From Eledone cirrhosa (taxonomy: Eukaryota): DNA of 64,000 nucleotides. The notes under the pieces are model-generated. The model saw nothing but the letters and a program-made list of their open reading frames with translations, searched no databases and was not told the origin of the DNA. This document shows, in pieces, positions 15,001 through 26,900 of the stretch (positions are counted from its first letter, which is position 1; every line of letters begins with the position of its first letter). The stretch spans positions 126,666,001 to 126,730,000 of the forward strand of contig OZ024744.1 of NCBI GenBank assembly GCA_964016885.1. Reading direction: 5' to 3'. Position numbers and translations under genes: made by a program.

Positions 15001-18000
15001 GTGGTAGTGTAGGTGTCACAAAAAAAGTACCCAGTCCACACTGTAAAGTGGTCATGTAGGTGTCACGACAAAAAGCATCCAGTCCACACTGTAAGGTGGT
15101 AGTGTAGGTGTCACGACAAAAAGCACCAAGTCCACACTGTAAAGTGGTCATGTAGGTGTCACGACAAAAAGCACCCAGTCCACACTGTAAAGTGGTCATG
15201 TAGGTGTCACGACAAAAAGCACCCAGTCCACACTGTAAAGTGGTCATGTAGGTGTCACGACAAAAAGCATCCAGTCCACACTGTAAAGTGGTCATGTAGG
15301 TGTTACGACAAAAAGCACCCAGTCGACACTGTAAAGTGGTCATGTAGGTGTCACGACAAAAAGCACCTAGTCCACACTGTAAGGTGGTAGTGTAGGTGTC
15401 ACGACAAAAAGCATCCAGTCCACACTGTAAGGTGGTAGTGTAGGTGTCACGACAAAAAGCACTCAGTCCACACTGTAAGGTGGTAGTGTAGGTGTCACGT
15501 CAAAAAGCATCCAGTCCACACTGTAAAGTGGTAGTGTAGGTGTCACGACAAAAAGCATCCAGTCCACACTGTAAAGTGGTCATGTAGGTGTCACGACAAA
15601 AAGCACCCAGTCCACACTGTAAGGTGGTAGTGTAGGTGTCACAAAAAAAGCACTCAGTCCACACTGTAAAGTGGTCATGTAGGTGTCACGACAAAAAGCA
15701 TCCAGTCCACACTGTAAGATGGTAGTGTAGGTGTCACGACAAAAAGCACCCAGTCCACACTGTAAAGTGGTCATGTAGGTGTCACGACAAAAAGCATCCA
15801 GTCCACACTGTAAGGTGGTAGTGTAGGTGTCACGACAAAAAGCACCCAGTCCACACTGTAAAGTGGTCATGTAGGTGTCACGACAAAAAGCACCCAGTCC
15901 ACACTGTAAAGTGGTCATGTAGGTGTCACGACAAAAAGCATCCAGTCCACACTGTAAGGTGGTAGTGTAGGTGTCACGACAAAAAGCACCCAGTCCACAC
16001 TGTAAAGTGGTCATGTAGGTGTCACGACAAAAAGCATCCAGTCCACACTGTAAGGTGGTAGTGTAGGTGTCACGACAAAAAGCACCCAGTCCACACTGTA
16101 AAGTGGTCATGTAGGTGTCACGACAAAAAGCACCCAGTCCACACTGTAAGGTGGTAGTGTAGGTGTTACGACAAAAAGCACCCAGTCCACACTCTAAAGT
16201 GGTCATGTAGGTGTCACGACAAAAAGCATCCAGTCCACACTGTAAGGTGGTAGTGTATGTGTCACAAAAAAAGCACTCGGTCCACACTGTAAAGTGGTCA
16301 TGTAGGTGTCACGACAAAAAGCACCCAGTCCACACTGTAAAGTGGTCATGTAGGTGTCACGACAAAAAGCATCCAGTCCACACTGTAAGGTGGTAGTGTA
16401 GGTGTCACAAAAAAAGCACTCAGTCCACACTGTAAAGTGGTCATGTAGGTGTCACGACAAAAAGCACCCAGTCCACACTGTAAAGTGGTCATGTAGGTGT
16501 CACGACAAAAAGCATCCAGTCCACACTGTAAGGTGGTAGTGTAGGTGTCACGACAAAAAGCACCCAGTCCACACTGTAAAGTGGTCATGTAGGTGTCACG
16601 ACAAAAAGCACCCAGTCCACACTGTAAGGTGGTAGTGTAGGTGTCACAAAAAAAGCACCCAGTCCACACTGTAAAGTGGTCATGTAGGTGTCACGACAAA
16701 AAGCATCCAGTCCACACTGTAAGGTGGTAGTGTAGGTGTCACGACAAAAAGCACTCAGTCCACACTGTAAAGTGGTCATGTAGGTGTCACGACAAAAAGC
16801 ACCCAGTCCACACTGTAAAGTGGTCATGTAGGTGTCACGACAAAAAGCACCCAGTCCACACTGTAAAGTGGTCATGTAGGTGTCACGACAAAAAGCATCC
16901 AGTCCACACTGTAAAGTGGTCATGTAGGTGTTACGACAAAAAGCACCCAGTCCACACTGTAAAGTGGTCATGTAGGTGTCACGACAAAAAGCATCCAGTC
17001 CACACTGTAAAGTGGTCATGTAGGTGTCACGACAAAAAGCATCCAGTCCACACTGTAAGGTGGTAGTGTAGGTGTTACGACAAAAAGCACCCAGTCCACA
17101 CTGTAAAGTGGTCATGTAGGTGTCACGACAAAAAGCATCCAGTCCACACTGTAAGGTGGTAGTGTAGGTGTTACGACAAAAAGCACCCAGTCCACACTGT
17201 AAAGTGGTCATGTAGGTGTCACGACAAAAAGCACTCAGTCCACACTGTAAAGTGCTAGTGTAGGTGTCACAAAAAAAGCATCCAGTCCACACTGTAAGGT
17301 GGTAGTGTAGGTGTTACGACAAAAAGCACCCAGTCCACACTGTAAAGTGGTCATGTAGGTGTCACGACAAAAAGCACTCAGTCCACACTGTAAAGTGGTA
17401 GTGTAGGTGTCACGACAAAAAGCACCTAGTCCACACTGTAAGGTGGTAGTGTAGGTGTCACGACAAAAAGCATCCAGTCCACACTGTAAGGTGGTCATGT
17501 AGGTGTCACGACAAAAAGCACTCAGTCCACACTGTAAAGTGGTAGTGTAGGTGTCACGACAAAAAGCACTCAGTCCACACTGTAAAGTGGTAGTGTAGGT
17601 GTCACGACAAAAAGCATCCAGTCCACACTGTAAGGTGGTAGTGTAGGTGTCACGTCAAAAAGCATCCAGTCCACACTGTAAGGTGGTAGTGTAGGTGTCA
17701 CGACAAAAAGCACCCAGTCCACACTGTAAAGTGGTCATGTAGGTGTCACGACAAAAAGCACCCAGTCCACACTGTAAGGTGGTAGTGTAGGTGTTACGAC
17801 AAAAAGCACCCAGTCCACACTGTAAAGTGGTCATGTAGGTGTCACGACAAAAAGCATCCAGTCCACACTGTAAGGTGGTAGTGTATGTGTCACAAAAAAA
17901 GCACTCGGTCCACACTGTAAAGTGGTCATGTAGGTGTCACGACAAAAAGCACCCAGTCCACACTGTAAAGTGGTCATGTAGGTGTCACGACAAAAAGCAT

Positions 18001-21000
18001 CCAGTCCACACTGTAAGGTGGTAGTGTAGGTGTCACAAAAAAAGCACTCAGTCCACACTGTAAAGTGGTCATGTAGGTGTCACGACAAAAAGCACCCAGT
18101 CCACACTGTAAAGTGGTCATGTAGGTGTCACGACAAAAAGCATACAGTCCACACTGTAAGGTGGTAGTGTAGGTGTCACGACAAAAAGCACCCAGTCCAC
18201 ACTGTAAAGTGGTCATGTAAGTGTCACGACAAAAAGCACCCAGTCCACACTGTAAGGTGGTAGTGTAGGTGTCACAAAAAAAGCACCCAGTCCACACTGT
18301 AAAGTGGTCATGTAGGTGTCACGACAAAAAGCATCCATTCCACACTGTAAGGTGGTAGTGTAGGTGTCACGACAAAAAGCACCCAGTCCACACTGTAAAG
18401 TGGTCATGTAGGTGTCACGACAAAAAGCACCCAGTCCACACTGTAAAGTGGTCATGTAGGTGTCACGACAAAAAGCACCCAGTCCACACTGTAAAGTGGT
18501 CATGTAGGTGTCACGACAAAAAGCATCCAGTCCACACTGTAAAGTGGTCATGTAGGTGTCACGACAAAAAGCACCTAGTCCACACTGTAAGGTGGTAGTG
18601 TAGGTGTCACGACAAAAAGCATCCAGTCCACACTGTAAGGTGGTAGTGTAGGTGTCACGACAAAAAGCATCCAGTCCACACTGTAAAGTGGTCATGTAGG
18701 TGTTACGACAAAAAGCACCCAGTCCACACTGTAAAGTGGTCATGTAGGTGTCACGACAAAAAGCACCTAGTCCACACTGTAAGGTGGTAGTGTAGGTGTC
18801 ACGACAAAAAGCATCCAGTCCACACTGTAAGGTGGTAGTGTAGGTGTCACGACAAAAAGCACTCAGTCCACACTGTAAGGTGGTAGTGTAGGTGTCACGA
18901 CAAAAAGCACCCAGTCCACACTGTAAAGTGGTCATGTAGGTGTCACGACAAAAAGCACCTAGTCCACACTGTAAGGTGGTAGTGTAGGTGTCACGACAAA
19001 AAGCACCCAGTCCACACTGTAAGGTGGTAGTGTAGGTGTCACGACAAAAAGCATCCAGTCCACACTGTAAGGTGGTAGTGTAGGTGTTACGACAAAAAGC
19101 ACCCAGTCCACACTGTAAAGTGGTCATGTAGGTGTCACGACAAAAAGCATCCAGTCCACACTGTAAGGTGGTAGTGTAGGTGTTACGACAAAAAGCACCC
19201 AGTCCACACTGTAAAGTGGTCATGTAGGTGTCACGACAAAAAGCACTCAGTCCACACTGTAAAGTGCTAGTGTAGGTGTCAGAAAAAAAGCATCCAGTCC
19301 ACACTGTAAGGTGGTAGTGTAGGTGTTACGACAAAAAGCACCCAGTCCACACTGTAAAGTGGTCATGTAGGTGTCACGACAGAAAGCACTCAGTCCACAC
19401 TGTAAAGTGGTAGTGTAGGTGTCACGACAAAAAGCACCTAGTCCACACTGTAAGGTGGTAGTGTAGGTGTCACGACAAAAAGCATCCAGTCCACACTGTA
19501 AGGTGGTCATGTAGGTGTCACGACAAAAAGCACTCAGTCCACACTGTAAAGTGGTAGTGTAGGTGTCACGACAAAAAGCACTCAGTCCACACTGTAAAGT
19601 GGTAGTGTAGGTGTCACGACAAAAAGCATCCAGTCCACACTGTAAGGTGGTAGTGTAGGTGTCACGACAAAAAGCATCCAGTCCACACTGTAAAGTGGTA
19701 GTGTAGGTGTCACGACAAAAAGCACTCAGTCCACACTGTAAAGTGGTAGTGTAGGTGTCACGACAAAAAGCACCCAGTCCACACTGTAAGGTGGTCATGT
19801 AGGTGTCACGACAAAAAGCATCCAGTCCACACTGTAAGGTGGTAGTGTAGGTGTCACGACAAAAAGCATCCAGTCCACACTGTAAGGTGGTAGTGTAGGT
19901 GTCACGACAAAAAGCACTCAGTCCACACTGTAAAGTGGTAGTGTAGGTGTCACGACAAAAAGCATCCAGTCCACACTGTAAGGTGGTCATGTAGGTGTCA
20001 CGACAAAAAGCACCCAGTCCACACTGTAAGGTGGTAGTGTAGGTGTCACGACAAAAAGCATCCAGTCCACACTGTAAGGTGGTAGTGTAGGTGTCACGAC
20101 AAAAAGCACTCAGTCCACACTGTAAGGTGGTAGTGTAGGTGTCACGACAAAAAGCATCCAGTCCACACTGTAAGGTGGTAGTGTAGGTGTCACGACAAAA
20201 AGCACTCAGTCCACACTGTAAGGTGGTAGTGTAGGTGTCACGTCAAAAAGCATCCAGTCCACACTGTAAAGTGGTAGTGTAGGTGTCACGACAAAAAGCA
20301 TCCAGTCCACACTGTAAAGTGGTCATGTAGGTGTCACGACAAAAAGCACCCAGTCCACACTGTAAGGTGGTAGTGTAGGTGTTACGACAAAAAGCACCCA
20401 GTCCACACTGTAAAGTGGTCATGTAGGTGTCACGACAAAAAGCACCTAGTCCACACTGTAAGGTGGTAGTGTAGGTGTCACGACAAAAAGCACCCAGTCC
20501 ACACTGTAAAGTGGTCATGTAGGTGTCACGACAAAAAGCACTCAGTCCACACTGTAAAGTGGTAGTGTAGGTGTCACGACAAAAAGCACCTAGTCCACAC
20601 TGTAAGGTGGTAGTGTAGGTGTCACGACAAAAAGCACCCAGTCCACACTGTAAGGTGGTCATGTAGGTGTCACGACAAAAAGCACCCAGTCCACACTGTC
20701 AGGTGGTCATGTAGGTGTCACGACAAAAAGCATCCAGTCCACACTGTAAGGTGGTAGTGTAGGTGTCACGACAAAAAGCATCCAGTCCACACTGTAAAGT
20801 GGTAGTGTAGGTGTCACGACAAAAAGCATCCAGTCCACACTGTAAGGTGGTAGTGTAGGTGTCACGACAAAAAGCACTCAGTCCACACTGTAAAGTGGTC
20901 ATATAGGTGTCACGACAAAAAGCACTCAGTCCACACTGTAAAGTGGTAGTGTAGGTGTCACGACAAAAAGCATCCAGTCCACACTGTAAGGTGGTAGTGT

Positions 21001-21327
21001 AGGTGTCACGACAAAAAGCACCCAGTCCACACTGTAAAGTGGTCATGTAGGTGTCACGACAAAAAGCATCCAGTCCACACTGTAAGGTGGTAGTGTAGGT
21101 GTCACGACAAAAAGCACTCAGTCCACACTGTAAGGTGGTAGTGTAGGTGTCACGACAAAAAGCACTCAGTCCACACTGTAAGGTGGTAGTGTAGGTGTCA
21201 CGACAAAAAGCACTCAGTCCACACTGTAAGGTGGTAGTGTAGGTGTCACGACAAAAAGCACTCAGTCCACACTGTAAGGTGGTAGTGTAGGTGTCACGAC
21301 AAAAAGCACTCAGTCCACACTGTAAAG
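1..21327. repeat. 48-bp satellite array (about 445 units) with higher-order repeats; runs off the left edge of the window
   Basis: Unit CACTGTAA(A/G)GTGGT(CA/AG)TGTAGGTGTCACGACAAAAAGCA(CC/TC/CT)CAGTCCA repeats without interruption. Occasional 47-bp variants (GTCACAAAAAAAGCA) occur. Rare variants recur at 383-bp and 2346-2873-bp spacing. Confidence 0.99.
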
Positions 21328-21477
21328 TAGTTGGCATCAGGAAGGACATCCATCCATAGAAATCTAGCCAGAAACAATTCTATATGAGCAGGATACGGTC
21401 ACCTGACCGAACCTGCCTCAAATGGGACAACCCGTCTAACCCATGCTAACGTGGAAAATGGATGTTAAATGATGATG
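21328..21477 (+). mobile_element. 3' half of the SINE from which the satellite expanded
   Basis: The last satellite unit runs directly into GTTGGCATCAGGAAGGACATCC...AACCCATGCTAACGTGGAAAATGGATGTTAAATGATGATG. This matches the 3' portion and (ATG)n tail of SINE copies at 29085-29187 and 31405-31512. Confidence 0.85.
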
Positions 21478-21537
21478 GAGTGGTGGTGTACAGTGATGGT
21501 GAGGTTAGCTGTAAGGAGTTCAAGTGGATGGGTCAAG

Positions 21538-21700
21538 TCAGATTTGATTGTATGTTGGTAGGTGTGTCTTCTTCAACACAGCATGCCACCACTTGTTGCA
21601 GTCTTTTGTCATCTTCGTTGTGAGGTGTAGCTTCTTCAGGTCAGTTTTCACTACCTCATCCCATGTCTTCCTGGGTCTGAGATTTCTCTTAACCTCTTCA
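21538..21700 (-). mobile_element. Decayed RTE-type LINE 3' fragment
   Basis: Translation RPRKTWDEVVKTDLKKL...DCNKW resembles the C-terminus of RTE-clade ORFs. Confidence 0.6.
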
Positions 21701-21909
21701 GGCGAGATAACTCGTCCTAACATGTTTGAACTCCTTTCCAACAGTTCATAACTTCAAAGTTATGAACTCCTTTCCAACAGTTCATAACTTCAAAGCTAGA
21801 TGGAGTTATTAGTTTATTGATGTGACATTTATCAAGCATTCAGATAAGTGTTGTTAATAAATGTTTGTTAATCAAAATATTCATTTTACTGGAAATAAAC
21901 CTAGAACAG

Positions 21910-22100
21910 CAACTGTAGCATGGGTTAAACGAGTTGTCCTGTTTAAGGCAATGCCAGGTCAGGTGACCATGTCTTGCTTATATGGAACTGATTCTGGCTT
22001 GATTTCTACAGCTGGATGCCCTTCCTAACGCCAACCTCATTTACTGTGTGGGCTGGGTGATTCTTTGTCATGACACCTACACGACCTCTTTACAGTGGGA
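21910..22100 (-). mobile_element. SINE fragment carrying a single satellite monomer
   Basis: The reverse complement reads CACTGTAAAGAGGTCGTGTAGGTGTCATGACAAAGAATCACCCAGCCCA, followed by the same SINE 3' half as at 21328. Confidence 0.85.
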
Positions 22101-22139
22101 GGGGGCGGGAGAATACTGTCTATATGCTTCAGCTTCGGC

Positions 22140-22480
22140 TTGTTCCTGTGAGTAGTCGGGTCTTCTGTATTACTGCGTAACGCCAGAGGTCTCGGTCCTG
22201 TCATCACCTTTGAGAGGTGTAATTGGGCAAGATCAGCTTTTGTCATCTTATCGCAGGTTTTCTTGGGTCTCCACACTCCACGGCTTCCATCGATTTCTAG
22301 TGCTCTGCACCATTTTATGCAGCTGTCCTCCTTCATACGCATCACATGTCCATACCAATATAATCTCCTCTCCTGCACACATCATTTGATTCCTCTTATG
22401 CTTAGTCTCTCTCTCAATTCGTTTATGCTTTGCTGTTCACTTATATTACTATTACACACCCATTCCGATGCAAGCTTCAT
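22140..22480 (-). mobile_element. Decayed RTE-type LINE fragment
   Basis: Translation RRLYWYGHVMRM...G.R..RPKKT is typical of the RTE C-terminal region. Confidence 0.7.
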
Positions 22481-22686
22481 TTCTTTCTAATCTACACAAG
22501 TGTGTTTTATTATATATTTCTGGCAATATTATAACAACATGACCCTCCCCAAATATAATAATATTCGTTTTAACACATGATCTCATATCAAAATCCTTGC
22601 AAAGTAAATTTGTCATATTTTTACAATGATTCTTGTAAATTTCATTTCAGATTTGACGAAGAAAGAATTTCAAACGAAATCCAATT

Positions 22687-22865
22687 ATGTGTGCTTCAAG
22701 TAGCTCCCATGGTCGTAAATCTGTTGCTCTTGGTCGGGTTTCTAAGGGTTCTTCTGTAGGTAAAGCACCTACTTCAAGGTTACCATCAGTGGATCGGTTG
22801 TCTTTGGGAGCCTACTCTAATACCAACCAGCAACCGATTTTCTTTACTGGGGGGTACGTCCTTCA
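22687..22865 (+). CDS. NDC80: NDC80/HEC1 first coding exon (basic Ser/Arg-rich N-terminal tail)
   Basis: Acceptor CATTTCAG at 22643-22650, in-frame TGA at 22654 and ATG at 22687. Translates MCASSSSHGRKSVALGRVSKGSSVGKAPTSRLPSVDRLSLG... Phase-2 donor GTAAGT at 22866 (alternative GTACGT at 22854) fits the next exon. Confidence 0.75.
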
Positions 22866-22900
22866 GTAAGTTTTCATCTTCAAGGTGAGCCAAATGTTTT

Positions 22901-23120
22901 CATCATCATTATCATTCGATGTCTATTTTCCATGGGTTAAATGGGGTGAAATGTTCTGACTCATACGTTCCATTCTGACTTGGTTTCTATGGCTGGATAC
23001 CCTTTCTAATGCCAACCACTTCACGGTGTATACAGGGTGTTTTATTGGGGCATCACCACTACCACAGAGTCAGCTTGGTGCTTTTTATTATAGCACCAGC
23101 ACTACTATTTAACAGAGTGG
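22901..23120 (-). mobile_element. Diverged SINE 3' half
   Basis: (CAT)n tail and TTTCTATGGCTGGATACCCTTTCTAATGCCAACCAC, the reverse of the SINE 3' motif. Confidence 0.7.
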
Positions 23121-23174
23121 ACTAAATTGGTTCTGGTTCTATGAAACAAAACCACCCATTGTAAAGGGTTTTGT

Positions 23175-24652
23175 TTAAACCGGCCATATCTGGCCAGAAT
23201 TCTTTCACCTCTTTCTGTTCAAACTGGTTGTAACCAGCTACTCATACTGATGTTAAGGTATTATTCACAAAATAAATAACAAAATATCATAGATTTGATA
23301 TTATGTGAGGTAAAGACTTTACCATGAAAATGTTGTATTTTCACAGTAAAGGCTTTACCTCACATAATATCTCACATAACATTTACATTATTCTATATAT
23401 ACTATTGTATTGTCACAGTAAAGGCTTTACCTCACATAATATCTCACATAACATTTACATTACTCTATATATACTATTGTATTTTCACAGTAAAGGCTTT
23501 ACCTCACATAATATCTCACATAACATTTACATTACTCTATATATACTATTGTATTTTCACAGTAAAGGCTTTACCTCACATAATATCTCACATAACATTT
23601 ACATTACTCTATATATACTATTGTATTTTCACAGTAAAGGCTTTACCTCACATAATATCTCACATAACATTTACATTACTCTATATATACTATTGTATTT
23701 TCACAGTAAAGGCTTTACCTCACATAATATCTCACATAACATTTACATTATTCTATATATACTATTGTATTGTCACAGTAAAGGCTTTACCTCACATAAT
23801 ATCTCACATAACATTTACATTACTCTATACATACTATTGTATTTTCACAGTAAAGGCTTTACCTCACATAATATCTCACATAACATTTACATTACTCTAT
23901 ATTTACTATTGTATTGTCACAGTAAAGGCTTTACCTCACATAATATCTCACATAACATTTACATTACTCTATATTTACTATTGTATTGTCACAGTAAAGG
24001 CTTTACCTCACATAATATCTCACATAACATTTACATTACTCTATATATACTATTGTATTGTCACAGTAAAGGCTTTACCTCACATAATATCTCACATAAC
24101 ATTTACATTACTCTATATATACTATTGTATTTTCACAGTAAAGGCTTTACCTCACATAATATCTCACATAACATTTACATTACTCTATATATACTATTGT
24201 ATTTTCACAGTAAAGGCTTTACCTCACATAATATCTCACATAACATTTACATTACTCTATATATACTATTGTATTTTCACAGTAAAGGCTTTACCTCACA
24301 TAATATCTCACATAACATTTACATTACTCTATATATACTATTGTATTTTCACAGTAAAGGCTTTACCTCACATAATATCTCACATAACATTTACATTACT
24401 CTATATATACTATTGTATTGTCACAGTAAAGGCTTTACCTCACATAATATCTCACATAACATTTACATTACTCTATATATACTATTGTATTTTCATAGTA
24501 AAGGCTTTACCTCACATAATATTGAATCTATGAGATAGTGATATTATTTATGTTGAGAACAATACCTTAACATCAGTATCAGTGGCCAGTTTGAACAGAA
24601 AGAGGTGAGAGAATTCTGGTCGGATATGACCAGTTTAAGTACTAAAGGGTTA
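23175..24652. mobile_element. Fold-back MITE with a piggyBac-like right end, enclosing a 72-bp minisatellite
   Basis: 23175-23330 is an imperfect inverted repeat of about 24490-24640. The right end is ...TAAAGGG-TTAA. A related partial copy lies at about 27218-27741. Confidence 0.7.
23332..24520. repeat. 72-bp AT-rich minisatellite, about 16.5 copies
   Basis: Unit TTGTATTTTCACAGTAAAGGCTTTACCTCACATAATATCTCACATAACATTTACATTACTCTATATATACTA. Confidence 0.98.
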
Positions 24653-24781
24653 AAACAAAAATAATTTCCATCTAGATTAGATGGTGTGGTAGTTTGCTTG
24701 ATGTATTGTATGATATTACTACCATTTACCATCCAATATATATTGTAGTAGCTTTGAAACAAAATACTAACTTCTTTCCAG

Positions 24782-24887
24782 ATTATCACATGGACTTGAT
24801 CGAGATCGTCGCAGGACAGAGCTACGAGACCCTAGGCCCTTAAAATCAAAGGCCTACCAGCAACGATGTATAAAGGCCCTCCTCGAT
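24782..24887 (+). CDS. NDC80: NDC80 coding exon 2
   Basis: TTCTTTCCAG acceptor and GTAAGT donor. Translates LSHGLDRDRRRTELRDPRPLKSKAYQQRCIKALLD, matching the conserved DPRPL.DK.F.QQCI..L motif at the start of the Ndc80 CH domain. Confidence 0.95.
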
Positions 24888-24935
24888 GTAAGTATTTCAT
24901 TATATGTGTGTGTGTATATACATTAGTGTGTATAT

Positions 24936-25507
24936 CAGGCATTGGTAACCTTTTTCGAGAAGAGGGCTGCAAGCGCTATGGCTCATCATCAGGTGGGCCA
25001 CATGAGGTATGGCCCATCATCAGGTGGGCCACATGAGGTATGGCTCATCATCAGGTGGGCCACATGAGGTATGGCCCATCATCAGGTGGGCCACATGAGG
25101 TATGGCTCATCATCAGGTGGGCCACATGAGGTATGGCCCATCATCAGGTGGGCCACATGAGGTATGGCTCATCATCAGGTGGGCCACATGAGGTATGGCC
25201 CATCATCAGGTGGGCCACATGAGGTATGGCCCATCATCAGGTGGGCCGCAAGCACTATGGCTCACCATCAGGTGGGCCGCTAGCGCTAATTTACATTCGT
25301 GCCCACATTAAAAAAACAAGGGCAGTAACTCAGGTTGTTTTGAATTGTTTCTTCAGAATTCCTACATGTTGTTTTCCTCGATTGTAAAAATGATAGAAAG
25401 ATAAATTACGACTGAAAAGTTAGGGTAAAAAAATCAGAAAGATTTCACTTAGCTGACTTAGGTGAGCCATTCAGAAAGCTTCGCGGGCCTCAGGTTGCCC
25501 ACGGCTG
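24936..25507. mobile_element. hAT-like non-autonomous DNA transposon containing a 31-bp minisatellite
   Basis: Imperfect TIRs CAGGCATTGGTAACCT / AGGTTGCCCACGGCTG. Flanking 8-mers GTGTATAT / GTATGTAT (6 of 8 match). Confidence 0.55.
24977..25281. repeat. 31-bp minisatellite, about 10 copies, each with an internal hairpin
   Basis: Unit TATGGC(C/T)CATCATCAGGTGGGCCACATGAGG. TGGCCCA and TGGGCCA are complementary. Confidence 0.95.
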
Positions 25508-25559
25508 GTATGTATGATGTATGTTGTACCTTCCTGTTGAATCCCTTTGATAATCAGGA

Positions 25560-25810
25560 AATAGAAAGACAGCAATTGCAACTGGAGAGAAATGAAACTG
25601 CGATGATTCACTGGATTTGTGGGGTCAAAATCTCAAAGTTCACATGGCGTATCTCTACCAAAAATTAAAGATACCAGCACTCGACCTTCTTTTAAGATCA
25701 TATAGGCTGCTTTGGTTTGGACATGTGAACCTTAGTGGTGGGTGGGTACGTCATTGTACTAAGATTGTGGCCCCTGCTAGATATGGAAGGGGGACGTTCA
25801 TGTAAGACCT
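25560..25810 (+). mobile_element. Decayed RTE-type LINE fragment
   Basis: Translations LERNETAMIHWICGV and RLLWFGHV...RYGRG in shifted frames. Confidence 0.6.
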
Positions 25811-26161
25811 GGGTGGTGGGTGTATCTATGTACCAAGATTGTGATTCCTGGTAGACAGGGAAGGTTTTTATTGTAAATTTGAAAGAGGATAGGGTGGCTC
25901 AGTGGTAGAGTGCTCGGCTTGTGGTGGCAAGGTTGTGAGTTTGCGCATTGATCCCATGAGCAGCAGAGGCGACGTGCATCTGACTAGTAGGAGCACTGAG
26001 ACACAACTGTGTGACTTGGGTTGACTGGGTCGTTTCGGGTCAAGTTTGGTTGCCAAAGGTGAGCTTTGGCGTGGAGACGACATCTTGGAAAAAATGTTTG
26101 GTTTTTTGGGAATTTCAGATAAAGGTTGTGAAGCTGTACTTTGTATTTATTTTATTTTCAG

Positions 26162-26248
26162 TTCCTTGAATGTTATGGTTACCCCAACAGTATTTCAGCA
26201 AAGGCCCTGACATCTCCCACATCAAAGGACTTCCTCAACATGTTTGTG
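26162..26248 (+). CDS. NDC80: NDC80 coding exon 3
   Basis: TTATTTTCAG acceptor, GTAATT donor, phase 0/0. Translates FLECYGYPNSISAKALTSPTSKDFLNMFV (human: [29 protein letters not shown]). Confidence 0.95.
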
Positions 26249-26299
26249 GTAATTAATGACATTCTTAACTCTTCTACTTTGAATATAATGTTTTAGTGG

Positions 26300-26900
26300 A
26301 TGAGAGAGGGGAGGGGGTTATCTATTGCTGAGAGGGGAGGAGTGTCTGTTGCTGAGAGGGGGGGTGTCTGCTGCTGAGAGAGGGGGAGTGTCTGTTGCTG
26401 AAGGTGAGAGAGGGCAGTGTCTGTTGCTGAGAGAGGGGGATTATCTATTGCTGAGAGAGGGGGAGTGTCTGTTGCTGAGAGAGAGAGGGGGAGTGTCTGT
26501 TGCTGAGAGAGAGAAGGGGGAGTGTCTGTTGCTGAGAGAGGGGGAGTGTCTGTTGCTGAGAGAGAGAGGGGCAGTGTCTGTTGCTGAGAGAGGGGGGGGG
26601 GTATGTTGCTGAGGGAGAGAGAGGGGGGGGTCTGTTGCTGAGAGAGAGAGGGGGAGTGTCTGTTGCTGAGAGAGAGGGGGAATGTCTGTTGCTGAGAGAG
26701 AGGGGGAGTGTCTGTTGCTGAGAAAGAGGGGGAGTGTCTGTTGCTGAGAGAGAGGGGGAGTGTCTGTTGCTGAGAGAGAGGGGGAGTGTCTGTTGCTGAG
26801 AGAGAGAGAGGGGGATTATCTATTGCTGTGAGAGAGAGGGGGGGGGGATTATCTATTGCTGAGAGAGAGAGGAGGGGGTGACTTGTTGAGGGAGAGGAAG
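26300..26900. repeat. Purine-rich minisatellite, about 24-30-bp unit GAGAGAGGGGGAGTGTCTGTTGCT
   Basis: Direct inspection shows variable (GA)n and G-run lengths per unit. Confidence 0.95.

Noticed and set aside
1-21327. CRISPR-like array
   Set aside because: There are no unique spacers or cas genes, and the context is eukaryotic.
330-21349. Dozens of Cys-rich repeat ORFs (TTLQCGLDAFCRDTY) on the minus strand
   Set aside because: They arise because the 48-bp unit is a multiple of three and lacks a stop in one frame. Frequent 47-bp units shift the frame, stop variants occur, and the unit derives from a SINE.
23324-24538. 404-aa repeat ORF (YFHSKGFTSHNISHNIYITLYILL)
   Set aside because: It is the translation of an intronic 72-bp minisatellite inside a MITE.
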